Source: Phoronis australis
Lineage: Eukaryota; Animalia; Phoronida
Direction: 5' to 3'
NCBI GenBank assembly: GCA_002633005.1
Contig: NMRA01000639.1
Location: forward strand, 168,456-232,455
Length of the DNA stretch: 64,000 nt
In this document: piece after piece, positions 10,001 through 20,600 of the stretch
Layout of the letters: each line of letters begins with the position of its first letter
Position numbering within the stretch: position 1 is the first letter of the stretch
Translations under genes and position numbers: made by a program
Notes under the pieces: generated by a model
Seen by the model: the letters and a program-made list of their open reading frames with translations, nothing else
The model's database searches: none
What the model was told of the DNA's origin: nothing

Positions 10001-12778
10001 GACCAAATGTTGTCAATGGAAGTCGTCATAATCTTAGCAAAACACTGAAACAGCTGGTGACGAACAACGTCAAGTCAGTGCAAAAATTATGTTCTTTTGC
10101 CAACTGTATAATTTCTGAAGCTGAACTTTAGAAGCAAGCAGGTCCAAAAACAAACAGATTTTTTAGTAGATTCTAATAAGGCATAAAAATGTGTGGACCT
10201 TATCTCAAAAAGTCTGACATGCTTTTCACTAAAAGTCATTTTCGCAGCTCTGTGATCCCAGCAGATTTTTTTTGAAGGCCTGGCTGAATTAGCTTCAAAT
10301 CTGGCATCCACAGAATTGAAATGCACTATCTGAGTAATGTTGATCATAAAACCTCATAGTGAGGAACTACTTGACACATGTTCATACTATATATCCAGTA
10401 TGAGCTTGAAAAAAATTAAACCAAATCTACGATGGCCACCCGAATTTTTTTCAATTATGGTTGATTTCACATGGAATGATCCATATCAACATTTTTATCT
10501 ACAATGACCTTATCAGGTTCACGAGGAGGCAGTGTGGCCTGGTTGATCAGTGCCCGCTTTCTTTACTCGAGGTCGTGAGTTCAGTTCCCACCAGTTCACA
10601 CTGCTAAACCCTTGAGCCAGGTTTCTAGCTCCTCAGCTCGGTTTTAACCACATATTAATAAAGCATAAAAATATTTCCAGGTGATCAGTGCAATGGGCCC
10701 ACATGCGAGGCCTGCGCATGTACCAGACCGCCTGCAATTATTTTTTTTATCACATTCACGGAAAGATAGCATTTGTTGACCTACCTTGTGACCTGTTGAT
10801 CTTTCGCCAATAGAGATAGCCAAAGCCTGCAGCAGCAAGTTCTATAAGAAACAATCCTTTCAACAAGTCACCACCGAGTGTTGATTTTTTGGGAAACTTT
10901 TGCAGCATTGTCCATCAGCGCTGTAACGATATTTAAATGAAAGTTCTCTGACAGAGCGACACTTGACAAATTTGACTGAACAAAGGAGTATAAGTGATCA
11001 CAATGGAAGCGTCTCCTAAGACGACAACACTCATTTCACCNCAGAAATGGAATCCTATCACGGTGAGGGATTATACGAGATAGATTGTATGGGAGTACAA
11101 GACCTGGTTCCATTTTTGTTTTTTAGCCAGCTAAATGGGACAAAATGCACCATTAATTCATCACACTAAAACTTTTAATATTAGGTAAGTGGATATTATT
11201 TTTTTCAATTGCGACATCAGAATCATCTTATCTCACAGCATGTACAAATACAGTGACTTCAAGATTATTTAATCACCAGATATATAACTTCCTTTTCTGT
11301 ATGTTACACTGTGAGCTACATGAAGCATGGCTCCAAAAAGAGCTTCTACTGGGCAAAACAGGCTATGAGTGGGCAATTATCAAACCAACGTGATTTTATT
11401 CACACATTTGTGCATGTCTTACAAGGACAAAGTAAAATCTAGTTGTTTTGGATCTGCTTCAAAGAAAAGTTTAACTTTCATTATAAGGCAATTTGCCAAA
11501 AACATGATTTGTGCAGTTACATTGTGTTATTGTTTCTACTAACGCTATGTACTGCCACTTGATGCATGCCTGATGACAATAAATACCTTTCAATCTGTTG
11601 CATTTCAAGTCTATATCATAGCTGTATCAGGATAGTACTTCAACTCTTAGGAGCGCCACCTATTGGCTGAAGACTAAACCTGCACAACTGCACCATTAGG
11701 GTATGATTCAAGAGGATACTAGGACTTTCTTTGAAATACTTTGCACTACTGAGGCTAGTCTGGTCAATGCTTGTCAGGCTCTTTTGAAGTGCATTTGACT
11801 TTCGCTGGTTGGAACTGGCTGAGGACAACAGGTGGCACTGATAAACATTAGTCAATGATCAGGTGTTGCTAATGGAAGTCATCATAATCTTGGCAAAACA
11901 CTGAAACAGCTGGTGACGAACAACGTCAAGTCAGTGCAAAAATTATGTTATTTTTTGCCAACTGTAGAATTTCTGAAGCTAAACTTTAGAAGCAATCGGG
12001 TCCAAAAACAAACTGATTTTTTAGTAGATTCTAATAAGGCATAAAAATGTGTGGACGTTATCTCAAAAAGTCATGCTTTTCACTAAAAGTCATTTTCGCA
12101 GCTCTGTGATCCCAGCAGATTTTTTTTTGAAGCCCTGAATTAGCATCAAATCTGGCATCAACAGAATTGAAATGCACTATCTGAGTAATGTTGATCTTAA
12201 AACCTCATAGTGAGGAACTACTTGACACATGTTCATACTATATGTCAAGTATGAGCTTAAAAAAAAAATTAAACCAAATCTAAGATGGCCACCCAAAATT
12301 TCTTTCAATTATTATGGTTAATTTCAAATGAAAGGATCCACATCAACATTTTTTTCTACAATGACCTTATCACATTCACGAGGAGGCAGTGTGGCCCGGT
12401 TGATAAGTGCCCGCTTTCTTTACTCGAGGTCGTGGGTTCGAGTCCCACCAGGTCACACTGCTAAACCCTTGAGCCAGGTTTCTAGCTCCTAAGCTCGGTT
12501 TTAACCATATATCAATAAAGCATAAAAATATTTCCAGGTGATCAGTGCAATGGGCCCACATGCGAGGCCTGCGCATGTCTGGTACAACGTGTATCAGACC
12601 CCCTGCAATTATTTTTTTATCATGTTCACGGAAAGATAGCATTTGTTGACCTACCTTGTGACCTGTTGATCTTTCGCCAATAGAGATAGCCAAAGCCTGC
12701 AGCAGCAAGTTCTATAAGAAACAATCCTTTCAACAAGTCACCACCGAGTGTTGATTTCTTGGGAAACTTTTGCAGCAT
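7061..12778 (-). CDS. CEBPZOS: CEBPZOS-like small single-pass membrane protein, 86 aa, 3 coding exons
   Basis: Exons 12778-12655 (duplicate copy 10908-10785), 8582-8538 and 7152-7061, all GT-AG with consistent phases. Protein: MLQKFPKKSTLGGDLLKGLFLIELAAAGFGYLYWRKINRSQ/EHRKYLHHHHPKVLE/GYYWLANRTGYDHVKKFDQLVWSADQNPKK*. It aligns along its length with human CEBPZOS as recalled ([65 protein letters not shown]). Probable 5'UTR exon donor (GTAAGT) at 13521. Confidence 0.85.
7760..8410 (+). mobile_element. Degraded Penelope-like retroelement 3' fragment (GIY-YIG endonuclease end)
   Basis: Frameshifted remnants: Cys-containing linker (KKCEDP..GCKRRAC), GYT-RHL-like segment near 7990, and RNIKESLAIQDQHASGALNNMQSSVTLQLW* (8094-8186), resembling the PLE endonuclease C-terminus. 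A degenerate hammerhead-like CTGATGA...GAATGTC follows at about 8288-8317. Confidence 0.45.
8729..10482. mobile_element. Non-autonomous DNA transposon with TIRs (Sola-like by termini), in a CEBPZOS intron
   Basis: Left end GGGTCATTTCCATGAGAACTCAAC at 8729 matches right end GTTGATTTCACATGGAATGATCC (ends 10482; second right end at 12339). A 4-bp ACAT lies left of the element and right of the second right end, a likely TSD. The superfamily call is inference. Confidence 0.55.
10524..10746 (+). mobile_element. tRNA-derived SINE (copy 1)
   Basis: A-box-like TGGCCTGGTTG and B-box-like GAGTTCAGTTCC, followed by CCCTTGAGCCAGG. Flanked by a ~14-bp direct repeat (ttatcaggttcacg / ttatcacattcacg), a likely TSD. 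Confidence 0.6.
12381..12616 (+). mobile_element. tRNA-derived SINE (copy 2)
   Basis: GGCAGTGTGGCCCGGTTGATAAG (A box) and GGTTCGAGTCCC (canonical B box). TSD-like flanks ttatcacattcacg / ttatcatgttcacg. Confidence 0.65.
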
Positions 12779-13191
12779 TGTCCATCAGCGCTGTAACGAT
12801 GTTTAAATGAAAGTTCTCTGACAGAGCGACACTTGACGAATTTGACTGAACAAAGGAGTATAAGTGATCACGAAGGAAGCTTCTACTAAGACAACAACGC
12901 TCATGTCACCATTGACGAGGCAGAGCCAGAGGATGACCTCAGAGATCATGACATCACCACTGCCACTCAATAAGAGTGACAGTGCTGCAAGAAACACTGA
13001 CAGCATAATCAATGAAGATGATGACGCTGACTTGAATACTGATGACAATACTGATATACCCACAACAATTGATTATTCAAAACATGGCCACCACAGCACC
13101 ATCTTGTATCTGATTTTGACCAAAAAATAGTCCTCAAGCTTTTCATGAGATATAATTTAGTGCAAGTTTCATGTAGATTGAGCGAAAAATG

Positions 13192-13320
13192 TATACTGTA
13201 TCCTGTATCTGATAGACCAACAAGAGAAATCAATCTATACTGTATCCTGTATCTGATAGACCAACAAGAGAAATCAATCTATACTGTATCCTGTATCTGA
13301 TAGACCAACAAGAGAAATCA
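13192..13320. repeat. 44-bp minisatellite, ~3 copies
   Basis: Unit TATACTGTATCCTGTATCTGATAGACCAACAAGAGAAATCAATC starts at 13192, 13236 and 13280. Confidence 0.95.
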
Positions 13321-13519
13321 TATGCCGGAAGCTTTTCGGCGAATTATGTCTCATACTGATTAACCAAAGTCGTATTGTTATATAAGTATCTTTTGCGCAA
13401 AGAGGGACATCTTAGGAGGCCGTCCATGTCTTTAATTCATTCCAACTTGAACAAAGTACTCTCATAATTAAACCTTTTCTTCGAGCAGCCCTTCGTTCAG
13501 TTGCTCAAATCTGCAACTT

Positions 13520-14615
13520 ACCATTATTACACTACGCACGCTCCTATTTTTACAGCGCCTGCCAGGGGCACACGCAGAGTTAAAAACGGCCAGTTGCTGA
13601 TTTGGGCAACTGAACCAAGGCCTACCAGAAGAANTGACGAAATGTTCGTTTAGAACAAGTGTTTGAAATAGTTCATTAATGAACCCTTTAGTGCGGAATA
13701 CAGTTCATTACATTCGCAAATTATTCTATATACCAATAAATTCAGCTCAAAGTTGAAGGTCGCGGGAACAGGCGACTTTTTCAACTTTTAAGTGCAGGAA
13801 AGTGAAAACTACCTACATAATCGTGTTCGCAAGGCTCCCTTTTGTTCTTTCACGAAGTTTCACGTAAAAATTCGCGAGTTTAGTCTTCTCCTGGGTTGAA
13901 AACCAAATAGCACTCATTTTTACCGGCATCCATTTTGGTCTGAAAAATCGGTCACGTCCCTGCAAAAAACTCGTACAAAGTATTATTAAACGAATTTTGC
14001 GACAAAAAAAGATTATCAGATAAGTAAAACAATATATTTTTTCATATTTTGCAATAATTTTTATTCACTTTTATTACATTTTTGAGTTATTTTTTGCCGA
14101 TTGTAGTGAGCGAATTTAACACGGTGACAGATACGCGAAGCGATTCGCTGAAGAATGCTGTCCTCGCTACCAAGGGCAAGGAAGGGCAATGTTTTGAAAA
14201 ACGCAAAAGAAAATGACCCTGATACTGCCAACAATCCTAGAGTACAGGAGGCAACAAAATGTAAGCTGTGACTTTGTTTAAAAAGTTAACCGAAGAGTGC
14301 CATCAACAGTAGCATGAATTTTCACAGAAAAATGCAACCAAATGTTTCATAAATGTATCCCCATTCACCCCATTGTCTTACATCAGTTCATCAGCAAACC
14401 AGAGCTCTCCTTAAGAAGAAAACACAAATGAGAAGATGATGTACAACAAAATACAGCAATTTCTATTGGTCAATAGATACAACTTAATATTTTTTAACCA
14501 ATCGTGAAGTACATTGCAATTGAAGATATTTTAAAGATGGTGGTCGTGATAGACAGTCGGTGAAAAAATTCCACGTTGCAATATTTTGCGTTTTCGTATG
14601 TTTTATCGCTAAAAT
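13520..14615. promoter_or_regulatory. Probable bidirectional promoter region between CEBPZOS (-) and SLC30A6 (+)
   Basis: Head-to-head genes, CpG-richer sequence, and oppositely oriented CCAAT boxes (ATTGG ~14465, CCAAT ~14498). Confidence 0.5.
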
Positions 14616-17600
14616 ATGGCAGCACATGGTAGTCAATTGCGATTTCAACCGGGACAAACGGTACTAAATATCGGAGAACTCAATGAAGTTGATCTGAAGT
14701 CAGGTGAATATTGTTTAAGGACATCCATCCAATCTGCTGGACAAGCTTAGCCACTGGTCGGATATAGCGATCCCTGCTTTTGTCTTGAGAACCAGTTTCA
14801 TCCTCAGTTGCTAAGCTTTTAACTAATACAGCCTAAGACACTCTTAACTTGTTAACAGCCGCTTGACATGATACTATAATGAAGAGAAAGGATTACAACT
14901 GCTATCAATATGGTCGCCCACTAGGCACTTCCGAAACAACTCAAATCAGTCAAATCACGCCAATCTGGGTGTAACGTACACATGTTATGTGCGACTTGCA
15001 CATTCAATAGTTTATGGAATTCCAAGTCTGTCAGGTAACACGCACACGTAGATTTTACACGTTTACAGGTTATGCCAACTTTTAAAATAGATGTGCCGAT
15101 TCCTGAGCCAACGAATGTAGTTCATTCACAAGAGGATGTCAACGATCGCGTAATTAATACCCCTCATGAAATTCAAACTTGTACACGAGAACGGCTGAAA
15201 GGTGGCGAATTGACGGAATTTTGAGAGAACTGCTGGTGCTTCAATCCTTCATACAACTCCCAATGTGAAACAAGGACTGTCATTCAGCTAGCACTTCATG
15301 TCAGTCATATGACTTGGGGTCAAGTGCCTTTTGGGGTTGGACTGAAATGCGTTCAGCGGTTACGTTATTTTGTCATCGGAGCACATCAACCCATTACAAA
15401 ATAGATTTTAATGGGTAAATGAGTCAACGCGAACGTGTTGATGTGTAAAACGTGTACGCGTTACCTAATGACACACTTGGAATTCCATACTAATTATATG
15501 GCTTTAAAAATTGACTTATTAGTCGGCAAGATTTTGACGTTTTTTGGCCGGGTAAATAGCAGGTTATTTTTTCGACAAGTTGACATGTTACACAAGTCGA
15601 CCAAAGACAAGGGCATGCATTGTCTGGTGAATAGTAAAAGTAGGTTTTGTGGCCAATTTGTCAGATGAATGTTGGAAAATCTGTTTCTAGCCTAGTGATT
15701 TCAAGCTCGTCCTATGCAGTAAAATTCTAATATATTGGTGTGCATAGGGTCCAAGTAGGTTGTGGAGAACATTCTTCAACAACTGACATGACTTTGGTCA
15801 AACTGACAATTAAATTCTTAAGTACCATAATAGCTCACTTGCGAGTTTCTCGTTAGTCACTGTGGGGGCAAAACCTGCCATATTGCTCTTGTTTTGCCCT
15901 GAGTTTTTGCTACACACGCTAAAACTTACTGGAGTTCTTATGGTGAATTTTACGCTTAAAATGTTAAAACAACTTAAGATATGGTAGATGGATCGTGGAA
16001 TAACTGTGAATGGACGAAGAAAATGTGAACTTGTTATGTTGTGCGAAGCTGTGAACGGACTGAAATTGGAACTTAACCCGCTCTAGGCCTGAGTGCTGCA
16101 GGCATACAGGGGCGATAGTGTATCCCCATAAAAAGATATTCACTTCAAAATACAGCAAATAAAATCAAATGAAACATGCATATGTGTACATGAAGTTATA
16201 ATTAACACATACTCTGACTCTGGACACAATTTAGTCTACAAATAACTTGAGCATATCCATGAAAACCTCGCGGTTCTCTCGAGTTTCTCTCACTGACCGC
16301 CANNNNNNNNNNNNNNNNNNNNNNNNNNNNNNNNNNNNNNNNNNNNNNNNNNNNNNNNNNNNNNNNNNNNNNNNNNNNNNNNNNNNNNNNNNNNNNNNNN
16401 NNNNNNNNNNNNNNNNNNNNNNNNNNNNNNNNNNNNNNNNNNNNNNNNNNNNNNNNNNNNNNNNNNNNNNNNNNNNNNNNNNNNNNNNNNNNNNNNNNNN
16501 NNNNNNNNNNNNNNNNNNNNNNNNNNNNNNNNNNNNNNNNNNNNNNNNNNNNNNNNNNNNNNNNNNNNNNNNNNNNNNNNNNNNNNNNNNNNNNNNNNNN
16601 NNNNNNNNNNNNNNNNNNNNNNNNNNNNNNNNNNNNNNNNNNNNNNNNNNNNNNNNNNNNNNNNNNNNNNNNNNNNNNNNNNNNNNNNNNNNNNNNNNNN
16701 NNNNNNNNNNNNNNNNNNNNNNNNNNNNNNNNNNNNNNNNNNNNNNNNNNNNNNNNNNNNNNNNNNNNNNNNNNNNNNNNNNNNNNNNNNNNNNNNNNNN
16801 NNNNNNNNNNNNNNNNNNNNNNNNNNNNNNNNNNNNNNNNNNNNNNNNNNNNNNNNNNNNNNNNNNNNNNNNNNNNNNNNNNNNNNNNNNNNNNNNNNNN
16901 NNNNNNNNNNNNNNNNNNNNNNNNNNNNNNNNNNNNNNNNNNNNNNNNNNNNNNNNNNNNNNNNNNNNNNNNNNNNNNNNNNNNNNNNNNNNNNNNNNNN
17001 NNNNNNNNNNNNNNNNNNNNNNNNNNNNNNNNNNNNNNNNNNNNNNNNNNACACATTCAGCAACTGTTACACTCGTCGATTCAATAACCTGCTGTCTCTA
17101 TAGCTGGCTCTCTATTGACTATCGCTGTAAGTGCTGATTCTCTTCACTGCAACTCAACTGTAATTCTCCTGATTAACTTTCTTGAACTTCTGATGAACTG
17201 ACTTGATCTCCTGATGAACTGACTTGATCTCATGACTTGATCTCATCTCTAACACTAACCCGTGCTTGTGTATTTATACCCTAATGCATTGTTCTGGAAC
17301 TTTTTATTAATTCAAGCACATTCTAGAACTTTTCTGAATCTACCCAACCATTCTACAAACATGTACTAATCTCTAGAATATTCCAGACTGCACTAATCAC
17401 TGTCATGCTAGAGTCTTCTAGAAAGTTCCTCACTATATTGTAGTAAACAAATGACATCATCATTCTACTGACCTCAGTCTTCTAGAAATTCCATACTATT
17501 CTGTAGTAAACATCATCATTGTACTTAACTCAGGGGTCATGCCAATCAAACAGAATAACAAAACAAAACAATACAACTAAAAATACTGTCAGACTACGGT

Positions 17601-20600
17601 ATATTCTGACAGATTACCTTCTCACAAAAATAATTGATATTTTACCAAATGTTGTTTTGTGACATCTACACAACTTAAACTAAGCAAATAACAGACTCTC
17701 AGAAACATTCTTAATCTTAAATTTGTTGAGAAAATTGACAATGTCACCTTTCACTTGTCTGTCATTTGTGTGCTATAGTAGATGAAGCATTTCTTCTGTC
17801 AACCTGGATCCATAACAAAAGTCAATGCAATGTGCTGATTTACGACTGTGATCGTCCATTTCAGATCTCCGCCACAGAAATCAAGTTCTCCACAAAGAAT
17901 ACCTGGATGGCACCATTCACCCGTTCACCAATAATAAAAAATCGTTCATTTCTAGTGTATCCAAAGAGTTGGGAAGTATCATCACAGAGCCCCAGGTGAG
18001 TTGTAATACAAGTGGTGTCGGCCTATTTTTATGCAGGCACACTCACCACACATACACACATGGGTTTGGCAGAGGTTGGTGGGTATTTGCTCTTTCGGGT
18101 ATTATCTTGATCGGTATTTTAACTTCAAATTGGTTTTATCTTAATTTGTATGTGTTTTTGTATTGGTAACATCCTATTGGTCAGAAAACAAAACTAGGGG
18201 ATGGGGGGGATTGGGTTTGTTTCTTTGTAACTGGCTCAGTTGCCTAGGTAAGTGTTGGCGTCCCCTTCTAGTGGCGGTCAAAATCTCTTAGAACACTCTG
18301 TTACAATTAGCTTAATTAGCTTCGATTATGCAACTTAGCCCCTGTATTTATCTTTCTACTGAGGAGATTGAGTATAATGTGGCTACTTTTTGCAAAAATG
18401 TTAGTAATTAAAAATAACTGTCATTTGTCATTTTTAGGCCAAATCCACGGTGATATTGATTGTTGTGAATCTCGTCTGTACAGTACTACTGTTCATGTGG
18501 TGTCACACCACAAATAGTATGGGTAAGTCTGTTGAAGGCCTTCCATAGTATAGGTAGGCCTTCCATAGTTTAGTTGTTACTGAACCTTCATCTATTTCTA
18601 GTATTGTTTTTTAAAGTTTATTTGATTCAATAGGTGAGATTACTGCCCAGAAATCACCAAATGAAATCTGAAGCCGCCAAACCTTACGTCGAAGTCGTCG
18701 ACTTAAAAAAGGGCCGTTCCGTACTCCACTCTCAGAAACTATACGCAAACCTCTTCAGTTTTTCCCAGTGGAAAAATATGCACCTTTCACAATTACTCAA
18801 TTCCTCCTGCCAATGGAGATAGAACGCAGACGATCGCATGTACATTGGAGGCTTGTGTTCCACCCATGTTTATATTACTTTTATTAAAAATACAAATCCT
18901 TGTTATCTTGAAGAGGCATCATTCCATGGTAGTTCCCCAGGCGTGTATCTAATATCCATGTAGCAATGCAAACTTATGCAAAGAGACCAGCAAATGGCCC
19001 GCATCTTGTCTCTGTATTCATTTCAATAGAGCCAACCCGTCATAATCGCTAGTGAACATGGTCTGTGTCGGTCGCTGTGTCAATACAAGTGAATGCAGAA
19101 GTAAGACTGAGGCTTTTTGCTGAGTCATTCCCATCATGCTCTTCTATTCCTTGGATAACAAATGCTCACTAGAGGAATAATGATAATCATTGGGAACTGT
19201 ATCTCAAAGATGACTAAGGTTCTGCATGTTTGTAAGTTATTACATTTACATTGAAAACGACTGTTCCATGTTAAGTATTGGAAATGACTCGATGTTTGGG
19301 ATTCTTGAAACTGATTTGTTTAATTTATTTTCAGCTCTCACGGCCTTCACCTACTTAACGATATTTGATATTCTTTGGTTAGTATATTTCATTGACTAGT
19401 ATGTAAGAGCTTTGTTCATTGACGTTAAGACTAGAATTTCTTGGTCCTGTAACAGTTGTGTTCTGTACAAAAGACAAGTCCTAGGTGGATTCTGTTTCTA
19501 GGGGGCGATACTTATAAGTCCATGAAAGAGAATTGTTGAAAATTTGTGTAAGGTTGTGTAGGACCTTATTAGTAAGTCTATGTATTTAGCCAGTAGTTAT
19601 TTTCTGAAAGTATAAAGCCCGTTGTTTTTTTCTTTATGCAAATTTGCAAATCATTAGGTCACATAGCTATGTGATTTTAGCAAAACTTAATAAAAGGAAA
19701 GGTACATTCATAGCACAACAATCGTATCAATAATACAACCAAATTTCATTTGTCTAAAATATGGGTTCGACATATGAGAGCGAGCGCTCGAAGGTACAAG
19801 TAGAATAAGTAAAATACGAGTAGAAAACTGACCACCCCTGTACTATTTGAATGGCGGAGGAATCGACTTTCAGTGTTTTTTTAGTCGCCACACCTGTGTC
19901 AAATACTTTAAATGTTGAAGATGAAATCTCAAAAGCGCTGTTATAATTTTCTAATCCATTTCGTTTCGTGTAAATTTTGAGTTATCTCATAAAATATAAA
20001 ATTCCTAAGTATTTTTGTTAGCTCCTCATGCAAAAGCGGAACATTTTAAAAACAGTTCCTAAAAGAATTTTGAAGATCAGTGCATAAGGAATGCTATCTG
20101 AAAGTTTCGTATCAATCCGATCAGCCATTTCAGAAATATGACATTCAGAAGTTAGCCAAATTTGAGAATTTTTTGAAACTTTAATGTGTTGTGAGACTTT
20201 GTAATACATTTAGGTCCTGATGTGGCAGTTACCCTCCCTTGTTTCTAGTAAGGGTTTGAGTTGTTTTGAATCGCCCTCGTATCCGGTAAGTATGCATGAT
20301 TTTGCAGTAAGACTAAAACCCCATGCTTGTTTTTGCCCACGCACAGGCACTCCTAAAAACACTGCAGGCCCATAAAGCTCTGTCTAACCTTGCATATATC
20401 TCAACGTTACATGCTGTGTGTTCCTTTCCAGTTTGTTAACCTGTCTGTTGACGCTGTGGGTCCAAACTCAAAAACCTGTTCCTGTCTTTTCATTTGGGTG
20501 AGTTTATTGTACTGTTGTGATGTACCACAGCACATTCTCCTTTACTTTAATAAACTGAAATCTCATCACTTTATTGACAACTATGACTTAATCCTGCTGG

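Larger units (their letters stand above)
9185..12910. repeat. ~1.86 kb tandem duplication (9185-11040 / 11042-~12910) joined by a single n; likely two haplotypes
   Basis: The copies look identical for the first ~500 bp and then differ by scattered SNPs and indels. The junction is a lone n at 11041. It duplicates CEBPZOS coding exon 1. Confidence 0.9.

Noticed and set aside
12385-12455. tRNA gene
   Set aside because: A and B boxes are present, but there is no proper acceptor stem or cloverleaf. It has a tail and TSDs, so it is a SINE.
12864-13130. Ser/Thr/Asp-rich ORF
   Set aside because: No recognisable domain, non-ATG start, antisense within the CEBPZOS 5' intron, and no supporting exon chain.
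16202-17137. Three long ORFs of 257-296 aa
   Set aside because: They are almost entirely X residues from the N gap.
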